A program made the translations under genes and the position numbers. Positions 9,312 through 17,145 of a stretch of DNA of 20,000 bases are shown piece after piece (positions within the stretch are counted from its first letter, which is position 1; each line of letters starts with the position of its first letter). The stretch comes from an uncultured virus (IMG/VR IMGVR_UViG_3300025327_000013) (lineage: Duplodnaviria; Heunggongvirae; Uroviricota; Caudoviricetes): IMG/VR virus record IMGVR_UViG_3300025327_000013; one strand, given 5' to 3'. The notes under the pieces were generated by a model, which worked only from the letters and a program-made list of their open reading frames with translations, was not told the origin of the DNA and did not search any database.

Positions 9312-9338
9312 CTCGACATGTGTTGAGATAAACCACTC

Positions 9339-9584
9339 ATGAGTATGCCAATCCAGCGATTGTTTTACCGTGTCGAAGAGGTGGCGACACTCCTTGAAAT
9401 TTCGGTTCGAACGGCGTACCGCGCGATTGAAAAGGGAGACATTCCGAGCACGCGAGTACGCGGGTCACTGCGCATTCCCATAGCGGAGTTTCACATACGG
9501 TTTGGGCTGTCTGGAACTGTCGCATCGACGTCGACGGACCGTTGCGCAGACCTGTCATGGATGACAAAGAAAAGAAAGGCCTGA
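9339..9584 (+). CDS. Excisionase-like (HTH_17) DNA-binding protein
   Basis: YRVEEVATLLEISVRTAYRAIEKGDIPSTRVRGSLRIP. Confidence 0.85.
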   Translation: MSMPIQRLFYRVEEVATLLEISVRTAYRAIEKGDIPSTRVRGSLRIPIAEFHIRFGLSGTVASTSTDRCADLSWMTKKRKA

Positions 9585-9596
9585 TCTGACGCAGAC

Positions 9597-9626
9597 TTGA
9601 CGTACAGGCGTTCATCTTGGTAGTGT
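9597..9626 (+). promoter_or_regulatory. Putative sigma70-type promoter
   Basis: TTGACG-N18-TAGTGT with an extended -10 TG, in an intergenic gap. Confidence 0.45.
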
Positions 9627-9635
9627 TGTGGCGAA

Positions 9636-9824
9636 ATGGACACACCACAGGTAGTGCCATTGAGCGGATTCAAGCCTAACGCACAACACCCGGTCGTAGC
9701 TGCACCTCCTGTTGAACTCACTCCCGATCAGCTCCCAATGCGGATCAATTTCAAGGGACGGAAGTATGTTCTGCTGATGACAAAAAATATGAGGTTGGTC
9801 ATGAATGGAGTCACTGACGAGTAA
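9636..9824 (+). CDS. Small protein with HemP-like C-terminal motif
   Basis: INFKGRKYVLLMTKNMRLVMN resembles the HemP pattern IxHxGxxYxLRxTRxGKLIL as recalled. Confidence 0.55.
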   Translation: MDTPQVVPLSGFKPNAQHPVVAAPPVELTPDQLPMRINFKGRKYVLLMTKNMRLVMNGVTDE

Positions 9825-9874
9825 CTAATACTCCGGCCTTGCGCCGGTTGACATTCCACCAAGCGAGCGAGCCT

Positions 9875-9909
9875 AAAGCCAGCGAGCCCTCAGAGTCGTT
9901 GGCTTTTTT
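9875..9909 (+). terminator. Intrinsic terminator or attenuator
   Basis: AAAGCCAGCGA / TCGTTGGCTTT stem, 10-nt loop, T6 run. Confidence 0.7.
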
Positions 9910-9942
9910 GCTGTGCACGTTCGAACGCGGGAGGGACGATAG

Positions 9943-10242
9943 ATGGCAAATCAGTTGATCTGGATCATCATCGTTCTGGCGGTCCTTGCCGGCTTTGCAT
10001 GGTTCGCAAAATGGATCATCGAGGGATTCTTCCCAGAGCCCATGCGGACGCCTGCCCTCATCCTCGTCGGCGTTGTTCTGTTGATCTTCCTCATTATCGC
10101 GGCCTCACAACTTCTCGGTGGCGGCTCAACGATTGGGCCATTCAAATTCGGCCGCGCTGCAGTTATCGAAGAACCATCAGGGCACACACACCTCACCGCG
10201 TGCTGCATCAAGCCGCATCGGCGTGATATGGCGGCGATCTAG
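9943..10242 (+). CDS. Small two-TM membrane protein
   Basis: GGAGG SD; two hydrophobic segments separated by FPEPMRTP. Confidence 0.7.
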   Translation: MANQLIWIIIVLAVLAGFAWFAKWIIEGFFPEPMRTPALILVGVVLLIFLIIAASQLLGGGSTIGPFKFGRAAVIEEPSGHTHLTACCIKPHRRDMAAI

Positions 10243-10283
10243 ATGTTCTCTTGCAGTGTGAATCAGTTATGGAGAGCGGTCGC

Positions 10284-12152
10284 ATGGTGAAATATCACAC
10301 GGCGACGATGAGCCACGAGCAGATCCGTTCGACGGTTCAACGTGCACTCGATACAAAGTATCCGGGACCGATGCCAGAACCCATGGATTACGCTTCCATG
10401 CCGTGGGCCATGGAGGTTTACGACGGTCACGTGATCCATTCCGGTGGTCCAGGGAAAGGTCTGTATAAGCAGAAATATAAACTCGGCAAAAACGGCGAAT
10501 GTGAATTGCTAGGTGAACCGGAAGAGGTCGAGCCTGGCTATGTTACCAAGGTGGGGATGCAGTTAGCAGCGGCAAAAGTTACAACCGGGGACGAAGCGGA
10601 CGCCCAGGCGCTAATGGCCGAGTTGTGCGAAAAAAATCCGCTCATGGCGTCCATCAAGGATTCTCCGAACACCCATCTGGTCATTTTCGATCTAACGTCC
10701 ATCGGCAAGCCGAGCAATCACGAGGGTGAGTTCCATTATCAATTGGCGAAGGCCGGGTTGAAGGCGGCACTGCCCACGCTGATCAGCAAGCCTATTCACG
10801 TGACGGAGGGTTTCGACGGGCACTTTACGGCTGGGAAGGACCCCGTGGCGATTGGCGTGTTTCTGGGCGGCGTGGTCATTGACCAAGCCGATGGGTCTCA
10901 GATTCTTCGCGCAGTTGGCACGCTCTGGGACAATGATTTCCCGGATATCGTCAACGAGATCAAAGAGAAGCGTGCGGATCTCGGTGCCAGTTATGAAATC
11001 GCCTACCTCGCTGCCAGCGCGTCCCGCTTAGGAGGCAAGGTGATCGAGATCGGGCAATACGAGTTCTCCGGTGGGGCGCTTCTCTACAAATCTGCAGCGG
11101 CACATCACGAGACGCAATTGCTGATGGCGGATAAGGATGTTAGTCAGGCTTTCGATGTGCTGGACGACGAGCAGTACCCGCGGCTCCTTGCGTATCTCCG
11201 CGGTGGCACCAGCTTTACGCAGGCCGACACGTTGTCCTACAAGGCCCGTGAGAATCTGTCGGACAAGGATTTTGCGCTAATCCAGCACGTCGATGGCCGT
11301 ACGATTCGGCGGTTTCCGTTGCAGGACGAAGCACATCGCAAGAATGCATGGGCGCGATTGTCTCAGGCGAAGAACCTCTCCGACGCGGAACGCTCGGAGG
11401 TGGCAAACAAGATCATCTCGCGTGCGAAGGCAGCTGGGGATGACTGGGCAAAGCCGTACACGAAGTCCGGTGGTGACTGGACGAAGGGCACTCAGACCAA
11501 AGGAGGAGCATCCATGAAGTACAAGGGCATTCCGGAAGAGCTGGAGGCGGCGGTCGAGGCCCTGCTCAAGGACGCCACGGCCACAGTGACAGCGGAGTTC
11601 ACCGACAAGATCGCAGCGCTCGAGGCCAAGCAGGCTAAGGCATTGGCGGCGATGGACGGTGAAGACGACAAGGACATGGAAAAGATGATGAAGAAGAAGA
11701 TGGCGGAGACGACAGCCGAACTTGAGCGGATCAAGCCGTTCGAGGCCAAGGTCACGGAATTGACGGCTGCGCTGGACGTCACCAAGGACCAGTTGACAAC
11801 TGAACTCAGCAAGACGACAGAGGAACTTGCGACCGCACGGGCGGAACTCGACAAGCTCGCTGGTGAGCAGAAGTTGGCTGCCACGATTGCCGCGCTCAAG
11901 GCCGACTATGGCTTGACCGACGAGCAGCTGAAGGAAGAAAAGCGTGCGGTCATCGTCGCCAAGCAGGCTGCCGGCAAGGAGCCGCTCACGATCGAGGAGT
12001 GGAAGCAGTTGATGACCGGCGCGCAAGTCCCTGGCGTTGCCGGAACCCGTGTGCCGTTGTTCGCGGGCGGTGGAGACCCGGGCCAGCAGGCGCCGGATTT
12101 GAAGGCGATTTCGAAGAATTTCCCCAACGCGACCAAAAAGGTGTTCAGGTAA
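10284..12152 (+). CDS. Prohead protease / DUF6582-like / scaffold fusion
   Basis: Upstream of capsid genes; KPIH..H..IG and GASYE resemble prohead protease motifs; LSDKDFA..RFPLQDEAHRKNAWARLSQ; acidic coiled-coil C-terminus. Start placed after GGAG. Confidence 0.7.
   Translation: MVKYHTATMSHEQIRSTVQRALDTKYPGPMPEPMDYASMPWAMEVYDGHVIHSGGPGKGLYKQKYKLGKNGECELLGEPEEVEPGYVTKVGMQLAAAKVTTGDEADAQALMAELCEKNPLMASIKDSPNTHLVIFDLTSIGKPSNHEGEFHYQLAKAGLKAALPTLISKPIHVTEGFDGHFTAGKDPVAIGVFLGGVVIDQADGSQILRAVGTLWDNDFPDIVNEIKEKRADLGASYEIAYLAASASRLGGKVIEIGQYEFSGGALLYKSAAAHHETQLLMADKDVSQAFDVLDDEQYPRLLAYLRGGTSFTQADTLSYKARENLSDKDFALIQHVDGRTIRRFPLQDEAHRKNAWARLSQAKNLSDAERSEVANKIISRAKAAGDDWAKPYTKSGGDWTKGTQTKGGASMKYKGIPEELEAAVEALLKDATATVTAEFTDKIAALEAKQAKALAAMDGEDDKDMEKMMKKKMAETTAELERIKPFEAKVTELTAALDVTKDQLTTELSKTTEELATARAELDKLAGEQKLAATIAALKADYGLTDEQLKEEKRAVIVAKQAAGKEPLTIEEWKQLMTGAQVPGVAGTRVPLFAGGGDPGQQAPDLKAISKNFPNATKKVFR
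11514..12152 (+). CDS. Nested in-frame scaffold protein
   Basis: AAAGGAGGAG closely precedes ATG (MKYKGIPEE...) at the start of the coiled-coil region. Confidence 0.65.
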   Translation: MKYKGIPEELEAAVEALLKDATATVTAEFTDKIAALEAKQAKALAAMDGEDDKDMEKMMKKKMAETTAELERIKPFEAKVTELTAALDVTKDQLTTELSKTTEELATARAELDKLAGEQKLAATIAALKADYGLTDEQLKEEKRAVIVAKQAAGKEPLTIEEWKQLMTGAQVPGVAGTRVPLFAGGGDPGQQAPDLKAISKNFPNATKKVFR

Positions 12153-12181
12153 TCCCACGCACACAGGAGGAGTGATGAATC

Positions 12182-12610
12182 ATGGCGAAGAAAATCGCAG
12201 CCTATAACACAAACTCCGTTATCGGGGCGCCGATCAAGGCGGCCGCGGCATCGACCATTCTTCAGGGAGTCTTCGTTGGGCTGGATGGGTCCGGCCTAAT
12301 CCTCCCGGCGGATATGCGGTCCTCGGCCGGTCCGGTGCAGGCTCGGGGTGCGGCGCTACAAGATGCGCAGATGAAGGATCCGAAGGGTAACGTGTTGGAT
12401 ACGATCGTGCAGGGTTCCTACACATTCGAAGGCAAAATCGCGGGGTTGTCCGGTCTCACGTCCGGCGCAACCTATTACCTGCTCTCTGGTGGTGCCATTC
12501 AATCAACGGCTCCTGCATCGGCGACGGGCGATATCGACCAGGAAGTCGGCTACGCACTCGACGACACAACCTTGGTCATCATGATCGGACCAGCTGTCAT
12601 CCACGCCTAA
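12182..12610 (+). CDS. Capsid decoration/cement-like protein
   Basis: Strong AGGAGG SD; Gly/Ala-rich; GLTSGATYYL..G..Q.VGYA; lies between scaffold and capsid. Confidence 0.7.
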   Translation: MAKKIAAYNTNSVIGAPIKAAAASTILQGVFVGLDGSGLILPADMRSSAGPVQARGAALQDAQMKDPKGNVLDTIVQGSYTFEGKIAGLSGLTSGATYYLLSGGAIQSTAPASATGDIDQEVGYALDDTTLVIMIGPAVIHA

Positions 12611-12642
12611 TGGCGTTGGCTGAGAAAGGGAGGAACTGAGCA

Positions 12643-13662
12643 ATGCCAAAAGGATATGTCACATCTGACATGATCGACCTCAATGAGCTGTGGTATGCAG
12701 GCGGTGGTATCGCCGCTGCCGTCGATCAGTATCAAGCGGTCGAGATGCCGCTACTAAACGCACTCGCATTGCCGTGGCCGGAAAACATCATGAAGTACGG
12801 CATCAGCGAACGGAACGGATTCCAGGTCCTCGGGCCTGGGGAACGGCCAGACCGCAAGTACGTCGTAGAAGCGACGATGTACCCCGTCGTGACGAAGTAT
12901 GGCTACGGCGTGGGGACGGATCTCGATACCCTGCAACGCTCCAGCGCGCGGCAGATCATGCTCGCCATGAACCGGCCGATGCTGGAGGATCCTGAGCACA
13001 TCCTGACGCGCATTCTCAAACTTCTAATGACGAACCCAGGTACCAGTAATGCTGGGTACGGATTCTGGAACGGGCAGTACGCGGCAGAGGAAATTATCAC
13101 GCATCCGCCGGCCTATCAACAGCAGACGTTTGCGGCTGGCCACAACCACTTCTTGGTGTCGCTCACGGCCAGCACACTCGTGCTCAAAGACATCACCGCG
13201 ATGAAGCAGACAATCCGGCATCACGGGGCCAAGGGCACACTGCTTGGTTTCATCAATTCCGATACCGCGATGGCGATCGAGAACCTTGCGCTCTTTACCG
13301 TCGGCAGCACGGCGCTGGTGCGTTCGCCTGTATCGGATACCGTTGCGGTCGACGGCTTCGGGGAAAGCTTCAGGCTGCTCGGTGTCGACTGGTACGTCAC
13401 GGAACTCGTGCCGGCCAACTACGTCCTCATGGTCGAAGGCAATTCTGCCGAGACTGAGCGGCCGTTGATCATGTACGAGCCCGCCGCGATGCGGGGGCTC
13501 AGGCTGCATCCAGGGCCGATGAACGACTATCCGCTCATCGAGTCCTTCTGGGATCGGTGGTTTGGATTCAAGGTCGCCAGGCGCGGTTCCGGTGCTGCGC
13601 TCTGGTTTGGTGCGCACGTCGGGACGTATACGTCGCCGACATTCTCGTTCACGGCGTCGTAA
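12643..13662 (+). CDS. Major capsid protein (probably HK97 fold)
   Basis: 339 aa, strong SD, position after scaffold and decoration genes, downstream hairpin. Confidence 0.75.
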   Translation: MPKGYVTSDMIDLNELWYAGGGIAAAVDQYQAVEMPLLNALALPWPENIMKYGISERNGFQVLGPGERPDRKYVVEATMYPVVTKYGYGVGTDLDTLQRSSARQIMLAMNRPMLEDPEHILTRILKLLMTNPGTSNAGYGFWNGQYAAEEIITHPPAYQQQTFAAGHNHFLVSLTASTLVLKDITAMKQTIRHHGAKGTLLGFINSDTAMAIENLALFTVGSTALVRSPVSDTVAVDGFGESFRLLGVDWYVTELVPANYVLMVEGNSAETERPLIMYEPAAMRGLRLHPGPMNDYPLIESFWDRWFGFKVARRGSGAALWFGAHVGTYTSPTFSFTAS

Positions 13663-13679
13663 GGACTGACAACGGATGC

Positions 13680-13702
13680 CCCGGCGTGAGTAATCCGCCG
13701 GG
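13680..13702 (+). other. GC-rich hairpin after the capsid stop
   Basis: CCCGGCG / CGCCGGG with 9-nt loop; no U-tract. Confidence 0.5.
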
Positions 13703-13738
13703 GCCGTAAGATCAATCAAGCAATGAGAGGAGTGTGCG

Positions 13739-14089
13739 ATGAGAACACATCAGAGGGAGAGGGTGAAGGAGCATCTGATCGATCCGCGTCAATGGCGTGT
13801 CATCGGTCAATTGCGGCACCATGACGTGACGTACGGCACGGCAGAACCGCTGCCGGATATCACGGTGACTGAAGCGGCGCTGTACGAAAAGCAAGGCACA
13901 TTGATGCGGGTGAGCGATACGGCACTCGCAGAATCATATCTTGAAGGGCCTGATGTGGCGGTGCTGCAGACTGTGCTCGACAAGAAACCGGATGAACGAG
14001 TGCTGAATCAGATGCTTACACTGGCGCAAAGGAATTCGCGATCCAAGGTGCTTGAATTGGCGCTGACCATTGCCAGGGGGAGTGCATAG
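13739..14089 (+). CDS. Hypothetical phage protein downstream of capsid
   Basis: GAGGAG SD; stop overlaps the next start. Confidence 0.7.
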   Translation: MRTHQRERVKEHLIDPRQWRVIGQLRHHDVTYGTAEPLPDITVTEAALYEKQGTLMRVSDTALAESYLEGPDVAVLQTVLDKKPDERVLNQMLTLAQRNSRSKVLELALTIARGSA

Positions 14090-16401
14090 TGCCACGTGTG
14101 CTGATCGTCAGCGATAGCCCGGCGGTGAGTTCTGGCATGGGCCGCGTGGTGCGTGAACTCGCGCCGCGATTCACGGCCGACGGATTTTCGGTCGGGGTCG
14201 CTGGGTGGTTTGACCTTGACGCTCCTGCCATGGACTTCGATTATCCAGTTTTCCCAATTCAGAAGCACGAACCGGCGAGCCTGCAACCGTATCTCGAGCA
14301 CTTTGCGCCGGATCTCGTGGTGGCGATCGGGGATCCGTGGGACTGGGCGTGGCTTGTCAATCATCGGTTGCAGACCGGCGGATACAAGCTCGTCGGCTAC
14401 CTAAATGTCGAAAGTGCTCCATTGCCCATGCTGTGTGAACGTATTCTCGACGGTTTCGATGCCGTGTGTACCTCTAGCCAGTACGGTGCCCGTGCGATCG
14501 GCCGGCCTGGCGTGACTGCGATTCATTACGGCGTCGATACGGAGACGTTCTTTCCCATGCCGCCACCGTCCAAGGTGTTGTTTGGGAAGCCATTGGATCA
14601 GACATTCACGGTGCTGATCAACGGGCAAAATACATTTCGAAAGAACTTGGGCGCATCCATGGCGGGATTCCTGCAGTTCGCTCGCGGGAAGCCGGATGTC
14701 CTGGCGTACTTCAATACCGTCGCTAGGCCAGGTCCGAACGATGCACCCGGGACGGACCTCGTGGATCTGTCTATTCAGCTCGAGGCTGAGAAACTCGTTT
14801 GGTTCAATCCAGACAACCATGGACCGATCAAGACCATTGACGATACGGCCTTGAACGGACTCTATGGGATTGCCTCCGTTCTGCTCTCAACTTCTGTCGG
14901 CGAAGGATTCGGGCTTCCGGTCCTCGAGGCGATGGCCTGTGGCGTTGTTCCGGTAGTTCCGCAAGATTTCAGTATGCCGGAAATCATCGGAACGGAACCG
15001 GGTCAGTACATCCAACACGCCCGCGGTATTGGGATCCCGGTGCATGCGTACATTCCGACGCTCCAGGGTCAGCGGGTGCCGGTGGTCGCTGACGCGGACA
15101 TTGCGGATGCGCTCCAAGCTGCCTACGACGCATGGCGTCATATGCGCGCAATGTCCAATCTCGATGGGGATACGACCAGCTTCGGCGTGATGCGCACAAA
15201 CGGTCTTGAATTCGCGCGGAGCAAGACCTGGGATCGGACGTATACGCAATTCGTTACTGTGTGCCTAGACTCCTTGCGGACGCCGCGGTCGCGGATGGCG
15301 GTGGGCCGACCCATCGAGCCAGCTATCCGACTCTTTGGACGCCGGACAGCCAAACGGCATCCGGAGGCTTTTGGCGTGCTCAAGATGGGCGGGTTGGGTG
15401 ACATGCTGCAGGCCACGGCCGTTATCCGGGCTGCGGCGCTCAAGTCAGGACGCAAGGCCGTAGTTTTCTGCAACGCCCATGCGGACGTGTTTCTGGCCAT
15501 GCCAGAGGTGGTTGAAACTGTGCAACTCGCTCCCATGCCCCAGCAAATGGCAGCAGACAGCCTAGCAGACGAGTTTCCGCTCTTCCTGGACGTCCGGTAC
15601 GTCTCGAGGGCCTACGGCCTCTGGAAGCCCACGGCGTTCTTTGAGAAGCATCAGTGGTTTTATGACCACTGGACGCCGTCCTCAAATCGCCTGGCGACCC
15701 TTGGGATGCACAGTACGCAAATCATGCTGGATAGTTTGGGGCTCGAGGGGCCGATTTGGCCGGTCTATGAACCTCGGGCTGAGCCGTCGCTGGATCGCGC
15801 TGCGTGGCCAGTCGAGCCCTACGTGGTCTTGGCGACCGGTGTCGGTGCTATGGGAGGGCTCAAGCGCTGGCCGGCGGAGCGCTGGACCGCGCTCGCCCGT
15901 GCTCTTCACCTGGACGGACTTCACCTTGTGCATGTCGGCGGCACTGGGGATGACGCGGTGGATGGCATTGACTTTGATTACCGTGGTGCAAGCCTACCTG
16001 AGACCGCGTGGATCCTTGAGCATGCGCAAGCGCTAATTGCCGTGGAAGGTGGGATTGCACACTTGGCCGCTGCGGTCATGCGGCCTTTTTGGGGACCGGA
16101 TGGGCAGAAGGTGCCCAACGGACAATTCATTGGAGTGATCTTCGGGCCAACGCCCACTAGGCCTTTTCTCTATCCAGGCCACACCGCTCTCGTACTCCCA
16201 GAATTCTGTACCCCATGCTGGCAGGTCGAACCGAATTGGAAGCACGCCAAATGCTCAATCGGAGCACCGAGTTGTGTGAACTTCCCGTCGGTGGCGGATG
16301 TCCTCTCTACGGTAACGCTGTATCTGCCGCGTGTGACCCGAACATCCTTTTCTTCTCCCAGTACGGCGCATGCCCTGCATATGGAAATGATACCGAAATG
16401 A
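14089..16401 (+). CDS. GT4-GT9 double glycosyltransferase fusion
   Basis: N half: SDSP..SGMG, RKN, GEGFGLPVLEAMACG. C half: GGLGDML, KRWP..RW, EGGIAHLAAA, IFGPT, CTPCW. Confidence 0.9.
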   Translation: MPRVLIVSDSPAVSSGMGRVVRELAPRFTADGFSVGVAGWFDLDAPAMDFDYPVFPIQKHEPASLQPYLEHFAPDLVVAIGDPWDWAWLVNHRLQTGGYKLVGYLNVESAPLPMLCERILDGFDAVCTSSQYGARAIGRPGVTAIHYGVDTETFFPMPPPSKVLFGKPLDQTFTVLINGQNTFRKNLGASMAGFLQFARGKPDVLAYFNTVARPGPNDAPGTDLVDLSIQLEAEKLVWFNPDNHGPIKTIDDTALNGLYGIASVLLSTSVGEGFGLPVLEAMACGVVPVVPQDFSMPEIIGTEPGQYIQHARGIGIPVHAYIPTLQGQRVPVVADADIADALQAAYDAWRHMRAMSNLDGDTTSFGVMRTNGLEFARSKTWDRTYTQFVTVCLDSLRTPRSRMAVGRPIEPAIRLFGRRTAKRHPEAFGVLKMGGLGDMLQATAVIRAAALKSGRKAVVFCNAHADVFLAMPEVVETVQLAPMPQQMAADSLADEFPLFLDVRYVSRAYGLWKPTAFFEKHQWFYDHWTPSSNRLATLGMHSTQIMLDSLGLEGPIWPVYEPRAEPSLDRAAWPVEPYVVLATGVGAMGGLKRWPAERWTALARALHLDGLHLVHVGGTGDDAVDGIDFDYRGASLPETAWILEHAQALIAVEGGIAHLAAAVMRPFWGPDGQKVPNGQFIGVIFGPTPTRPFLYPGHTALVLPEFCTPCWQVEPNWKHAKCSIGAPSCVNFPSVADVLSTVTLYLPRVTRTSFSSPSTAHALHMEMIPK

Positions 16402-16408
16402 TTTTGTC

Positions 16409-16609
16409 ATGATACGACGGCTCAGTATCGCCTACCTCGTTGCCGTATTGACGTGGGGGTTTACGCTGTCCATTGGGGATTCGACGTTTCGCGTGTGTGG
16501 ATTTACAACACGCGATAAATGCTGGAGTGTACATAAGACGCTGACCGACGCATTCCCTGAATGGATCCTCGGTCACTGTGAACGTGAACCGCTGGTGCGA
16601 CGTGGCTAA
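16409..16609 (+). CDS. Small secreted or membrane protein
   Basis: Hydrophobic N-terminus; GFTTRDKC..GHC. Confidence 0.5.
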   Translation: MIRRLSIAYLVAVLTWGFTLSIGDSTFRVCGFTTRDKCWSVHKTLTDAFPEWILGHCEREPLVRRG

Positions 16610-17078
16610 CACGGATCTGGGCAGCCTTGAGCCGCAATTGATTGAAGAACTCGGTGGCGAGGACCTGGCGCCCGGCGTCCTCCGTCGGATGAACCTCCTT
16701 ATCCAGGCGGTACCGGATTTCAACGCCGCCACGCACGTAGCCTTTGGGTTGGCTGGTACAACGCTTGATCGCGAAGCCTCGCCCATGGAATCCCGCGCGA
16801 TCGTGCTCTTTGCGGCACTGAAATATCTTCGCGGGATGGCCATTGTGTCTGCTGGCATGGCACTCAGTCACACGAACGTCGCCGGCCGTACGGACACCTC
16901 GGGTCAGCCGCGTGCGTACGAGCGGCGCATTGAATCGGTTGAGGCACGGTTGGCGGCGGTCATGGAACGTCTAACTGACCACGCCATTGCTGGAGAAACC
17001 GTGGCGGCCGAGTTGGGAGAGACCAAAGACTTGCTTACGAGTCTCCCATCAACGTCGTGGTGGGATTGGCGCTGGTAA
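16602..17078 (+). CDS. Putative head-tail connector
   Basis: Size, position and helical character; GTG start overlaps upstream ORF end. Confidence 0.55.
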   Translation: MANTDLGSLEPQLIEELGGEDLAPGVLRRMNLLIQAVPDFNAATHVAFGLAGTTLDREASPMESRAIVLFAALKYLRGMAIVSAGMALSHTNVAGRTDTSGQPRAYERRIESVEARLAAVMERLTDHAIAGETVAAELGETKDLLTSLPSTSWWDWRW

Positions 17079-17145
17079 ACCCTGTTGCAGAGAGGAGGAG
17101 GCGGTATGCACGTGACATTCACACTTTCACGAGGAGGAGGGGCGC

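Noticed and set aside
9339..9584. HTH gene as evidence of an integration module
   Set aside because: No integrase or att site in the window; a regulatory role is equally likely.
9943..10242. Holin call
   Set aside because: No endolysin nearby; hydrophobicity alone is insufficient.
11277..12164. 295-aa minus-strand ORF (also 13024-13719 and similar)
   Set aside because: Antisense shadows of codon-biased + strand genes.
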